A stretch of 28,002 bases of DNA from a virus (taxonomy: Duplodnaviria > Caudoviricetes): the IMG/VR virus record IMGVR_UViG_3300047561_000322, positions 1 through 28,002 of that record. The stretch is one strand, 5' to 3'. The notes below the pieces were generated by a model. The model was not told where the DNA came from. It saw only the letters and a program-made list of their open reading frames with translations, and ran no database searches. Positions within the stretch are counted from its first letter, which is position 1; each line of letters begins with the position of its first letter. This document shows positions 1 through 9,532 of the stretch, piece after piece. Position numbers and translations under genes: made by a program.

Positions 1-216
1 ATTTGGAGAAATCGAAGCCAATCGGAGTGCAAGATCAGATGAAGTGTATACAATAATTTCAGTATCAATCTCACACATCCTTTTGAAGTGATCGATATAT
101 TTGTCAACAGAACGAAGAAGATAACCTGGAAGTGATCCACCATTTTTTTGTACGTTTGTCGACCAATCACCGCGGCCGATATCAAAGAATGCTGTGACGA
201 TACTAATTTTACTCAT
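1..216 (-). CDS. HtrL/YibB (WlaTC)-like glycosyltransferase, N-terminal part (runs off window)
   Basis: Not in ORF track. ATG at 216 after AGGA; translates MSKISIVTAFFDIGRGDWSTN...LLRSVDKYIDHFKRMCEIDTEIIVYTS, resembling the HtrL/YibB N-terminus (ITAYFDIGRGDW...RSVD.Y). Confidence 0.7.
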   Translation of the reverse strand, partial: MSKISIVTAFFDIGRGDWSTNVQKNGGSLPGYLLRSVDKYIDHFKRMCEIDTEIIVYTSSDLALRLASISPN

Positions 217-224
217 AATAATCC

Positions 225-1121
225 TTAAATTGTTTTATATGTGAAATACTCACGTGAAGAATTTTTGTTTGTTTTTTCTGTTTCGATTTTGTATTTTTCA
301 AACACACTCTTCGTCCATTCAGGAACACGATCATATTGATGAACGATTACAAATGATTCACCTAACTGATTATATACGATTCCATCTTTCATATACGGTC
401 TATCTTCTAATAGAAATGGACCAAATTCTTTCATCTGATCAGGTTTGTTTGTTACATGCGCATTGACTGCCCAAGCATCTTTGAGTTTTAATACTTCAAC
501 ACATTCTTTGAATGGTGAATAATTGCATATGACGTTATATACTGCTTGATCTGCAACCCAATCTGGACGATTCAGTGACATCTGATATAGAAAGAAACAC
601 AAATCTCTTATCGATGATGGAACGCCAGCCAAAATACCGACATTTAGAACTTCTTTTTCTTTAACATCATCATAAAAATATTGTTCAAAATTATTGATAA
701 TATTTCCTTTATTCCAGTTCTCATCGCAGATTTTAATTGCTTCAGATTGTGCAATAAATTTTAAATTTGGTTTTGTTTCAACAAACGTATTTTCTAAAAA
801 GATAGATGGATTTTTTTGAAAGATAACATCTCGAACATCTGTCGAAATAACAAACCTATAGTTATCACCATGTTTTTTCAAATAATCATAGATGTACAAA
901 AATCTCAACATATGGATTCTAAGATTATTGTTGTTTCCAATAATATTGACGACAGTGAATCCTGAGTCTACGATTTTCTGATGCATTTCATCGGTAGAAT
1001 CAATTGCAATCAGTACCTTGTCTCCTTGGAAACCAGATTGATTAATAGATTCGATCCAAGGTTTTAGAACTTGAAAATCAGTATAATTGTTGTATGCACC
1101 AATAATTAAATCTTTCGCCAT
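225..1121 (-). CDS. putative GT-A fold glycosyltransferase (nucleotide-diphospho-sugar transferase-like)
   Basis: 298 aa; motifs VISTDVRDVIFQ, LNVGILAG, DQAVYN, HQYDR; lies between two other glycosyltransferases. Confidence 0.6.
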   Translation of the reverse strand: MAKDLIIGAYNNYTDFQVLKPWIESINQSGFQGDKVLIAIDSTDEMHQKIVDSGFTVVNIIGNNNNLRIHMLRFLYIYDYLKKHGDNYRFVISTDVRDVIFQKNPSIFLENTFVETKPNLKFIAQSEAIKICDENWNKGNIINNFEQYFYDDVKEKEVLNVGILAGVPSSIRDLCFFLYQMSLNRPDWVADQAVYNVICNYSPFKECVEVLKLKDAWAVNAHVTNKPDQMKEFGPFLLEDRPYMKDGIVYNQLGESFVIVHQYDRVPEWTKSVFEKYKIETEKTNKNSSREYFTYKTI

Positions 1122-1831
1122 GGATACTCTCCGTTCATATTGTTTTTCATCACTTCATTGCCACGAATGAAGAAACTGTCTTGTACAGAATCTGCTCTAC
1201 TTGCTACACGATAGTTTACAGTATATAGACCACTCGTGTCAAATGTTTTTTTGTTTTGCATCATAAATGATGATAAAATTCTATCAACTTCTGGTTGTTC
1301 TTGCGGATGTCTTGCTCTTCGATACCAATAAGGTGAAAAAGCAATTGCATCAATTTTAGGAATCATGTAACAATTAACATCAATGAAGTTATCATTAATA
1401 ACTGATTTCCATTTACCAAGAGACTCACAATCATCATTACAAATGAATTTACCATCTTGATCTACAATCTTTCGAAGTGAATATGCCCATTGATTGCCTG
1501 CAAGAATTTGTTCAACAAGTCGTTCAATATGATTAAGTTCAAACCAATTGTCTTCATCTAAAAAACAAATAAAATCACCTTTTGCAACATATGACATTGC
1601 ACCATAGATTCGATGACCGTTGTATTGATCTTTGCCAGTCGCATAGGGAAGTGTCACCACATCAGCAATTGAGCGGCGAAGATAGGGCATAGCAATATGC
1701 TCACGTTCTTTCCCATCAATCACAACAAGATGTTGAATATTCTTGTATGTCTGATGACTGACAGATCGAATAACTTGCCGTAGTGTTGAACTACCAGTTG
1801 TTGGTGTAATCACCGTTATCAAAGGATCCAT
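1106..1831 (-). CDS. glycosyltransferase family 2
   Basis: 241 aa; LITVITPT...LVVIDG N-terminus and AKGDFICFLDEDNW DxD region typical of GT2. Confidence 0.8.
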   Translation of the reverse strand: MDPLITVITPTTGSSTLRQVIRSVSHQTYKNIQHLVVIDGKEREHIAMPYLRRSIADVVTLPYATGKDQYNGHRIYGAMSYVAKGDFICFLDEDNWFELNHIERLVEQILAGNQWAYSLRKIVDQDGKFICNDDCESLGKWKSVINDNFIDVNCYMIPKIDAIAFSPYWYRRARHPQEQPEVDRILSSFMMQNKKTFDTSGLYTVNYRVASRADSVQDSFFIRGNEVMKNNMNGEYPWRKI

Positions 1832-1846
1832 AATAAAACTCCATAT

Positions 1847-3151
1847 TTAAGATATCTTTACGAAAACTCCAGAAGACTCCGTACTTGAAGCTGCGTATCC
1901 TATAATTTCACGCAGTATTCTTTCTTTTGTTTCATCATTTAATTTACTGAACTCAGCCAAAGTTTGCAACGTTAAATATTTCGAATAATTCCAATCGTTT
2001 GTTTGCAACATTGGTTCGTCTACTTTAACTTTTATTTGACTAGCATACGCCGCAATACTAACTCCAATTCCAAGTCTATCTTTTTTAACTCTCTGTGTAA
2101 CGTTTATAGCATTAGCAGCGTCTAGATCTACTTTACCAATTCTTTTAAAGATAGATGCGACTTGGCCGCCTCCAATTTTTCCACCAGAAGCATATTTGCC
2201 TTTTATCTCACCTTGCCAAGAACCAGTGTCTGAGAATGATCTAAATTGAATTGACATATTTGAATCATCTTTGTAAGCAAATAAAATATATCCGTCTTTA
2301 GATTTATTAGAAACTTTAAAAGATTTGAATGATGTCACAGTTGCTTTTCTTTTATAATTAAAAATTTCATCATGTACTGTTGGGCCAACTTTTTTAAGTG
2401 ATACACCAACAACATCTCTAGATTCATAAAGTTCTGTAATTAGATGATTTAGGGATGCGAACGTCTGATCTAGCGAAGAACGTTCGATTATCTTTTCACC
2501 ATTTAGTGTCATTAACCAAATATCTGCTGGACTCCATTTATTAATGTTAGCGAATAACTTTTCTTTTTTATTTGCGGTTAAGAACATTTTGTTAATTTTA
2601 TCAACTAATTTTGATCCTCTGTGAAAATTATATTTGGTCAAATTACCTTTAAATTGATCCATTGATCTCATGTAATTAGCTATTCTAATCGACGAATCAA
2701 CCCAATCGTCTGGTAATTTTTCAATTATTTTATCAGTTGTGGCATCCGTAAAACATTTAGATTTGACATCTTTATAATATTTCATAAAGTCATCAAATGA
2801 TTCTAACTTTTCATTGAATGCTATTGCTGTATACCAACATTGTGCAGATTCAGCAAGTTCTGTAACCTCTGCTCCGGCACCAGATCCACCACCACCTGCC
2901 GATTGTTTATATACAATGGTTACACTTTTGCCTTCTGGTGTTTTTATTTTTGTTACATTGAAAGATGATTTATTTGTCTTTTCATCTTCGTAGGGAAATT
3001 TATTCTTGTCAAAGAAAGCATACAGATCTGCTTTAACTTTCACCCTATCATCAAGGTTAACGGTAATTATAGATGCACTACCATTAACCAACAAGGTTCC
3101 ACTATAAACACCTTTTATTAACTGTTTAATATACTCATTAGTGGATGACAT
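1847..3151 (-). CDS. hypothetical protein, possible PD-(D/E)XK-fold nuclease
   Basis: 434 aa clean ORF; E(S)...KWSPADIW...VGVSLKK pattern is suggestive of a restriction-endonuclease fold; function uncertain. Confidence 0.5.
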   Translation of the reverse strand: MSSTNEYIKQLIKGVYSGTLLVNGSASIITVNLDDRVKVKADLYAFFDKNKFPYEDEKTNKSSFNVTKIKTPEGKSVTIVYKQSAGGGGSGAGAEVTELAESAQCWYTAIAFNEKLESFDDFMKYYKDVKSKCFTDATTDKIIEKLPDDWVDSSIRIANYMRSMDQFKGNLTKYNFHRGSKLVDKINKMFLTANKKEKLFANINKWSPADIWLMTLNGEKIIERSSLDQTFASLNHLITELYESRDVVGVSLKKVGPTVHDEIFNYKRKATVTSFKSFKVSNKSKDGYILFAYKDDSNMSIQFRSFSDTGSWQGEIKGKYASGGKIGGGQVASIFKRIGKVDLDAANAINVTQRVKKDRLGIGVSIAAYASQIKVKVDEPMLQTNDWNYSKYLTLQTLAEFSKLNDETKERILREIIGYAASSTESSGVFVKIS

Positions 3152-3175
3152 TATATAATACCTTGTAAATTAAAA

Positions 3176-3183
3176 TATTTATC
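3176..3183 (-). promoter_or_regulatory. possible late promoter variant GATAAATA
   Basis: 7/8 match to T4 gp55 consensus TATAAATA, about 25 nt upstream of the 434 aa ORF; same variant precedes the nuclease at 12518. Confidence 0.35.
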
Positions 3184-4285
3184 TCATAATATCTATGTCG
3201 TGATCGTTCGTCCAAACTTCAAGTTTGTTTCTCAAACGATTCTCATTCTTCAATGATTCGTAACGATTAGTTGCTTTTTGTTTCCACCATTGAACAATTT
3301 TCTCAAGTTCAAATTTATCATAGTTCTCTTTATCTTTGATAAGTGTGTCTGTCTTGCAATTAATATAGTCAATGTAGTTAGAGAAACCATAATTAGAAAT
3401 ATAGTATCGTTTCTGTTCTGTTAGACTCTTTGCTTTTTCAATCGTTACATTGAATTCGCCAGCCGCAGGTGTTCCTTTTAGTGCTGCCTTAGTCAACGAT
3501 ATGATTGACATTGATATTCTCAGTTTCTTACTAGAAGTTTTCTCATCAACCAACTGACCAACTTTAGACTGTACGAAATCCCGAAGATCTGAATATGGTT
3601 TACCGTGCATCATTGGCAGAAAATCCGAGTCAGTCAAACCCTTATATCTTATATATGGTTTCATTCCATCATACTGAGAGACTTGTTTTGAAGAACCGTA
3701 CAAACTTGTCGTTTCAAACAAACACAAATTCATATCATATTTCTTGTTGACAATTTCACGAACTGCATGAGAACAACAAATTGCTGCTAGAAGTTTACCA
3801 CCCAAGTAATTGAATCCGAAAGGTTGACTAGGAACAATAACAAAACCCATCATTGCAGACGCATTAAATCTTTTACTCCACTCTGGTTTCTGTGTAAATA
3901 CTTGAGATAACATTTCGTTTCTAGGTTTACAATTAATTACAGGTGAAGCAAGTCGAATAAATCCTAGAAATTTATCTGTATTTTTTTCTTTGATTGCAAG
4001 TTGAATGCTTCGACCAACAGGTTTAACATTAATATGTGAAGATGTGATATTCAGTAATGTTTCCCATTGTGTTGTTGGTATCTGACAAATTTGAATATCC
4101 ATGTCATTAGGATGCATGGAGAAATCAGAAAACAAATCATCCTCTAGAGGAAACAAAGACTGTGGGATCGATGATAATGAGTTAATCTTCTGATCTCTCA
4201 TATATTCATCGATCCGATCAAAGTTTCCAAAATAATCTTGAAACGCTTTGGCACAAACCAAAGCATCATCATAAGTCAATTTCAT
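3179..4285 (-). CDS. DUF4338 / Druantia DruA-like protein
   Basis: 368 aa; LGFIRLASPV, IVPSQPFGFNYLGGKLLA, FETTSLYG..SQYDG motifs recalled for DUF4338; ATGA overlap with gp41 stop. Confidence 0.6.
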   Translation of the reverse strand: MKLTYDDALVCAKAFQDYFGNFDRIDEYMRDQKINSLSSIPQSLFPLEDDLFSDFSMHPNDMDIQICQIPTTQWETLLNITSSHINVKPVGRSIQLAIKEKNTDKFLGFIRLASPVINCKPRNEMLSQVFTQKPEWSKRFNASAMMGFVIVPSQPFGFNYLGGKLLAAICCSHAVREIVNKKYDMNLCLFETTSLYGSSKQVSQYDGMKPYIRYKGLTDSDFLPMMHGKPYSDLRDFVQSKVGQLVDEKTSSKKLRISMSIISLTKAALKGTPAAGEFNVTIEKAKSLTEQKRYYISNYGFSNYIDYINCKTDTLIKDKENYDKFELEKIVQWWKQKATNRYESLKNENRLRNKLEVWTNDHDIDIMR

Positions 4286-5658
4286 ACTTTAAATCCAGAG
4301 AAATCTTTCTTCTTAAATTTACTTGATTGTTCGTCTTGTTTACCTGCATCAGCAAGACCATCTTGTGCAGTCTGTTCTACATCATACAGTTTCATTCTAG
4401 ATCTATCAACACCAACAACAAATCTTTTATGTGTAGTTGGATCGGAATATCGATTCTTTAATTGTTTGACCATGATTTGACCAAGCGCTTCAAGTTCTTC
4501 CGAACTAATCAATGCAAACATTAAGTCAGCGGTTGCTGGCAAACCAAAACTCTCACTTGTATCCTCGAGTCCTGGGTCGGATGAAGTAAAACCAGATCTT
4601 GTTGTTTGAGTCGCAGAAACAATTGGGACTCCGAATTCAACGGCAAGTCCTCGCAGTTCTTCTGCAATAGATTTGACATATGTATACGAGTTAATATTGG
4701 AGCCAACTTTGATACGAGAAGAACAACAGATATTAAGATAATCAATGAAGATAATATCGGGAACAAATGACTTTTTAAGATTGAGCTCATTCAATAGAGT
4801 CCTAAAGTGTGTGACAGATGCAGATGCAGTAGGATACTCTTTGATGATCAACTTACCAGTAGTCATATCTTTGACACGTTTAACTTTGCGTTCGTACATA
4901 TCACGAGGCAACTCCATCAAAGCATCAATAGATACATTCAATAGATTCGCGTCGATCCTCTCGGCAATCTTTTCTTCGGCCATTTCAAGAGTAATGTAAA
5001 GGACATTCTTACCTTGTGCCATAGCACCAGCAGCCACATGGCACATAAAGAGAGATTTACCAACTCCGGTGCCAGCAAGGGCAATATTAAGTGTCTTGGC
5101 AGGAAGACCACCCTTTGTGATTTTATTAAAGTATTCTAGATCGAATGGAATTCGTTCCTCTTTTCGATGATAAAATTCATATCGTTCATCTGAGTTCTCC
5201 AGATAATCATGACCTACTGAATTATCAAAACTAACTGCTAGAGCGTCCGATAGTATCTTGGGAATCGCACCTTTGTCGTTGGACTTGTCTTTTCCGTCCA
5301 AGATTGAAATAGACCCCAATACAGCGTTGTAGATTGCTCTTTCCTGACAGAACTTTTCGGTTTTGTCAGTAAGCCATTGAACTTTGGATTCTTCATCTTT
5401 AAACGAAGCAATTTCATGTAGATACGACTGGGACTTCTCCAGTTCTTCATCTGAGAGATTTCGCCTTTCTTTGACGGCCAGTCCAACCGCTTCAATCGAT
5501 GGTGTAGAGTTATAAGTTTCTGTGAACTTGTTAATTTCTTCATAAATTATCTTTTCAGTTTTGTCAGTAAAGTATTCGGTCTTCAGAAATGGAAGTACCT
5601 TACGAAGATAGTCTTCATTCCTGATCAGATTCCTCAATATAACTGTCTCCAATCTCAT
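4282..5658 (-). CDS. gp41: replicative DNA helicase (T4 gp41, DnaB-like)
   Basis: Walker A AGTGVGKS, YITLEMAEE, IFIDYL, SATQTTR, SESFGLPATAD, QLKNRY. Confidence 0.97.
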   Translation of the reverse strand: MRLETVILRNLIRNEDYLRKVLPFLKTEYFTDKTEKIIYEEINKFTETYNSTPSIEAVGLAVKERRNLSDEELEKSQSYLHEIASFKDEESKVQWLTDKTEKFCQERAIYNAVLGSISILDGKDKSNDKGAIPKILSDALAVSFDNSVGHDYLENSDERYEFYHRKEERIPFDLEYFNKITKGGLPAKTLNIALAGTGVGKSLFMCHVAAGAMAQGKNVLYITLEMAEEKIAERIDANLLNVSIDALMELPRDMYERKVKRVKDMTTGKLIIKEYPTASASVTHFRTLLNELNLKKSFVPDIIFIDYLNICCSSRIKVGSNINSYTYVKSIAEELRGLAVEFGVPIVSATQTTRSGFTSSDPGLEDTSESFGLPATADLMFALISSEELEALGQIMVKQLKNRYSDPTTHKRFVVGVDRSRMKLYDVEQTAQDGLADAGKQDEQSSKFKKKDFSGFKV

Positions 5659-5944
5659 CCTGTATTCCTTGATTTTGTTCCATGATGCTCACAAGAATGT
5701 CGCCAATCTTGTTCTTGAAGTTTAAATCTTTCTCCAACTCTTCTGCGTTAAGCGGAGTCTCAACTATATTATACACGAATCTTAGATAGATGTCACCAGA
5801 TTCCTTGTCCTCGTCGAATTTAACTTTACCATATTGATATACAGTATCTTTGAAGATACCATTAAGAATCTTTAGATGTACCGTCGTCTCTTTATCAGAT
5901 GGTACAATGTAGGCGTAATCAATTCCTTCAGTTAACTTCTTCAT
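5615..5944 (-). CDS. gp40-like protein (head vertex assembly chaperone position)
   Basis: 109 aa acidic ORF between uvsX and gp41, where T4 has gene 40; assignment is mostly by synteny. Confidence 0.5.
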   Translation of the reverse strand: MKKLTEGIDYAYIVPSDKETTVHLKILNGIFKDTVYQYGKVKFDEDKESGDIYLRFVYNIVETPLNAEELEKDLNFKNKIGDILVSIMEQNQGIQDEIGDSYIEESDQE

Positions 5945-6980
5945 GCTCTTCCTCTTTTTGAATCAAATCATTATTAGAGTACCGATACTTGTCTTCAATA
6001 AAATCATTAAAAGACTTCTGATTTAAAATTGGTGTCCAGAAATCTTTAGTGTCAGTATCTTTTTCACGATACTTTTTATCTTCAACTTCACCAGTTTCTT
6101 TATCTACTTTTGAATACCAACCGTTGGATGGTTTAACAACGTGACCTGACTCGATAGCAAGATCCAATAAACCAGACCACTTACTGATGCCACCATCAAA
6201 AGATACAGAAACAGGTATTTTAGATTTTTCTTTAACATATCTCGATTTCTCAACATTAATAATAAAGTTATAACCGACAATCTCTGTGCCTGATTTCTCT
6301 TGTTGGCGTCCAAGAATGAAGATGTTGTCGGCAGAATAATATGAACCAGTACCACCACCAACGATATCTTTAGGATATAGTCCAATCTCTTTGTAAGTAT
6401 GATTGACAACGATCATCGGAATATCTTTAATCGTTAGATGTGGAGTAACCATCCTAAACAACGACTTGACTGCTTTTGCGCGAGTCATATCTGCAACAGT
6501 TTTACCTTCAAGTGCATCATCAACTTCTTTCTTAGATGCAAGATTACCAATAGAGTCAACAATAATAATCAATCGATCACCACGTTCGACGTTAGAAATC
6601 TGTTGCATGATATCAGACTTTAATTGTTCGATATCAGTAAGAGGAGTGTGCAAAACTCGATCAGTATCAATACCAAAAGAATCGAAATATGATTGCGGCG
6701 TACCAAACTCAGAATCGTAGAATAAGAGTGCTGCATCTTCGTATTTGTCCAAATAAGATTTTGCCATGAAAAGTGAGAATGCAGATTTGAAGTGTTTCGA
6801 TGGACCAGCCCACATAGTTAGACCTGGTGTCAATCCACCATTCAGACTTCCACTTAAAGCAAGATTGATAATAGGAATAGATGTAGTGATCATATCCTTG
6901 TTATTAAAGAACTTCGACTTTGAAAGAATAGCCGAATCTTTGATCGAACTATTCTTTTTAATTTTATCCATAATACCCAT
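5928..6980 (-). CDS. uvsX: RecA-like recombinase UvsX
   Basis: GPSKHFKS P-loop, LFYDSEFG, DSIGNLASKKE, VNHTY, GGG..YYSAD. Confidence 0.97.
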   Translation of the reverse strand: MGIMDKIKKNSSIKDSAILSKSKFFNNKDMITTSIPIINLALSGSLNGGLTPGLTMWAGPSKHFKSAFSLFMAKSYLDKYEDAALLFYDSEFGTPQSYFDSFGIDTDRVLHTPLTDIEQLKSDIMQQISNVERGDRLIIIVDSIGNLASKKEVDDALEGKTVADMTRAKAVKSLFRMVTPHLTIKDIPMIVVNHTYKEIGLYPKDIVGGGTGSYYSADNIFILGRQQEKSGTEIVGYNFIINVEKSRYVKEKSKIPVSVSFDGGISKWSGLLDLAIESGHVVKPSNGWYSKVDKETGEVEDKKYREKDTDTKDFWTPILNQKSFNDFIEDKYRYSNNDLIQKEEEHEEVN

Positions 6981-6989
6981 AATTTACTC

Positions 6990-9518
6990 CTAGTCCCAAA
7001 GGGAAATTGTTCTCTCAGTTGACCAATTCATACAGTCTAAAACTATCTTGATTGGATCGATAAAAGATTTTTGAAATTGTGTCTCATAATCAACATATTG
7101 ATTTAAATTGAACTCAGCTGGCAGTCGACCAGGAAAAGAAACGACAGCTTCTTTCAATGGATTTGGCAACTTCAAATATACAAACTTAATCTTCTCACCA
7201 TCTTGAATTACCGGATACTTCTTTGTCAGATTTTTCTCTTGAAGATAGTTATTATATAGAAGTGCGCCTTTTACATGGATCGGTGTGCCTTTCGAATAAA
7301 TCGTAGTGTTGTTACCGTACTCACGCATACCATTCACGCCACGCGGGAAAGAAATATCTTCTGGAGGCAACTTGTTAAAATCAATTCTTGAATTCTCAAT
7401 AAACTTATGAATGTCGGATTCAGTACCCTTCAACATAATCTCAACTGCTTGATGCATCTTATCACGAATCGCGGCAGGTGTCGATGATTTAATCATCTCT
7501 AGTCCCATGACTTTCATCTTAGGTGTTGCATATTGAACACCTTCGTTATTATACACATGCATGATATAACGTTTCTTAGAAGTCCAAATTGCTTTGTCAG
7601 CAAGTGCTTCACGTTTCATCTGCATCTTTTGTGCATATGCATGTACATAGTCAGCAAGTTCTTGATAAGAACGATCAATATATGGTTGAATCTTATCTTC
7701 ACAAACACGATCCATAAACTCAATAACTTTATTTGGATCAGTGTCAGATTTAATAAATTTATTCACAATAGGACCAAGTCTCAGATAAATCGAATCTGTA
7801 TCTGATGCGATAACATAATCATCAGATGTACTCAACATCTTATTCATATATTGATTAAGTTTGGATTCGATCCAACGAATAGATAACTGACCGGCAGTAG
7901 TAACTGCAAGTGCAATACGAAGATCGTAGAATCTAAAATATTGACTACCAAGTGCGCCATAAGCGGAGTTCAAAGACAATTTCTTTGCAAGTTGCAGATT
8001 ATCATATCGAGCAATTCGTTTAGAAATTTCATACTTCTTTCTTGCATCAGTTTCAAGTTCATATTCTTGCTTTGCTTGAAGCATCAACTTCTTAAACTTC
8101 TTGCGATCTTCGTACATCTCTTCCATCATTTTAGGAAGAAACCCTTGAATGTCTGTTCGAAAGAATTGACCATTAGGCGTCAACGTCACATCTTTTAAAG
8201 AAGATAGATCGACTTTCTTTTGAAGAAGTGAATCTACATTAATACTTTGAGATATGATTTGACGCATTTCTGGAGTGTAATTCTCAGCGTCGATAAGTGT
8301 TTCTGGTGACAGATTATATTGAATAATCAAATGTGGATACAAAGAATTCAAATCGAACGATGCAACCCAATCATGTTTACCAACTTGTGGATCTTTGACG
8401 TATGCACCCTCAAACGCTTCAGTTTTACTTTGAAACACGCGAGGCGGCACAACCACATTCTTTGCAAGAAGATGATTATAAGTTAGTGCATCCCACATGC
8501 GAGTCTGTGCAAACACATCACTATAGTTTGTCTTAGTGTCATATGCAAGGGTCAACGCAAGTTCAAGAAGTTTTAACTTGTCTTCCATCCGAACAATGAG
8601 ATCAACGTCTTTGATGTTGTACTCAATAAACTTTTGAAAATCATGTTTATAAAGATCATGTAGATTGTCGTACTCATCAAATGACAGTTTACGCTCACCG
8701 AGTTCTATGTTAGCAATATTATCAAGTTTATATGACTCTTGTGATTTACCACCGGGCGAAAACCATCTGTACAATTCAAGATAATCTAGATCAGTAATAC
8801 CAATAAGTTCATAAGCAGTTTGTTTACGACCTCTGACTGTGATCTCACGTTCAGAAATCATATTCCAAGGAGACAACTTCTTAGCGTGATCTTCACCGAG
8901 AATTTTACGAATGCGATTAATCAGATACGGCGTATCAAAGAAGTTAGTATTCCAACCAGTGATAATGTCTGGATAATTTGCAATCCAATCTTCAAGAAAA
9001 CGTTTCAACAAAGAATATTCATCTTTGCATTGGAAGTAAGTTACATCATCTTTATCGTTATTGAATTTACCACAACCATACACATACGTATTGCCATTAT
9101 GGTATTTCATGGCAATAGCCGTCACAGGCTCAGATGCAATATATGGATCTGGAAATCCATTCTCAGAACCAACTTCGATATCTATGAAACAGATAACAAT
9201 TCTATCTTTATCCCACTCGACAGATTTCTTATGTTGTTCACCAATGAACGCATATTCATATCGATTGTTACCATAAATGGTTTTACCCGAGACACCATCA
9301 AATTGCTTGTAGTAGTCTCGGGCTTCAGAAATAGAATCGAATCGAATCTGCTGAAGATATTCTCCAGCAAGATTAGTGAACTTGGTAATAGACTTAGACT
9401 TCTCGTAGAAAGAAGGTTGATACTTTATCTTTAGTTTGACACGTTTGTTGTCAACAACTCCACGATAAAATATGTTATTACCAATACACTGTACGTTCGT
9501 GTAAAAATGAAAACTCAT
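6990..9518 (-). CDS. gp43: family B DNA polymerase (T4 gp43)
   Basis: Exo DIEV, GWN..FFD, YNIKDV; pol SFDLNSLYPH, KKLSLNSAYG, SDTDS. Start re-called to ATG 9518 (AAGGA RBS, MSFHFYTNV). Confidence 0.97.
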   Translation of the reverse strand: MSFHFYTNVQCIGNNIFYRGVVDNKRVKLKIKYQPSFYEKSKSITKFTNLAGEYLQQIRFDSISEARDYYKQFDGVSGKTIYGNNRYEYAFIGEQHKKSVEWDKDRIVICFIDIEVGSENGFPDPYIASEPVTAIAMKYHNGNTYVYGCGKFNNDKDDVTYFQCKDEYSLLKRFLEDWIANYPDIITGWNTNFFDTPYLINRIRKILGEDHAKKLSPWNMISEREITVRGRKQTAYELIGITDLDYLELYRWFSPGGKSQESYKLDNIANIELGERKLSFDEYDNLHDLYKHDFQKFIEYNIKDVDLIVRMEDKLKLLELALTLAYDTKTNYSDVFAQTRMWDALTYNHLLAKNVVVPPRVFQSKTEAFEGAYVKDPQVGKHDWVASFDLNSLYPHLIIQYNLSPETLIDAENYTPEMRQIISQSINVDSLLQKKVDLSSLKDVTLTPNGQFFRTDIQGFLPKMMEEMYEDRKKFKKLMLQAKQEYELETDARKKYEISKRIARYDNLQLAKKLSLNSAYGALGSQYFRFYDLRIALAVTTAGQLSIRWIESKLNQYMNKMLSTSDDYVIASDTDSIYLRLGPIVNKFIKSDTDPNKVIEFMDRVCEDKIQPYIDRSYQELADYVHAYAQKMQMKREALADKAIWTSKKRYIMHVYNNEGVQYATPKMKVMGLEMIKSSTPAAIRDKMHQAVEIMLKGTESDIHKFIENSRIDFNKLPPEDISFPRGVNGMREYGNNTTIYSKGTPIHVKGALLYNNYLQEKNLTKKYPVIQDGEKIKFVYLKLPNPLKEAVVSFPGRLPAEFNLNQYVDYETQFQKSFIDPIKIVLDCMNWSTERTISLWD

Positions 9519-9532
9519 AAATTCCTTATTTC

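Noticed and set aside
4282-9518. Inteins, introns or split genes in gp41, uvsX, gp43
   Set aside because: Lengths are ordinary, motifs are contiguous and no intein termini were seen.
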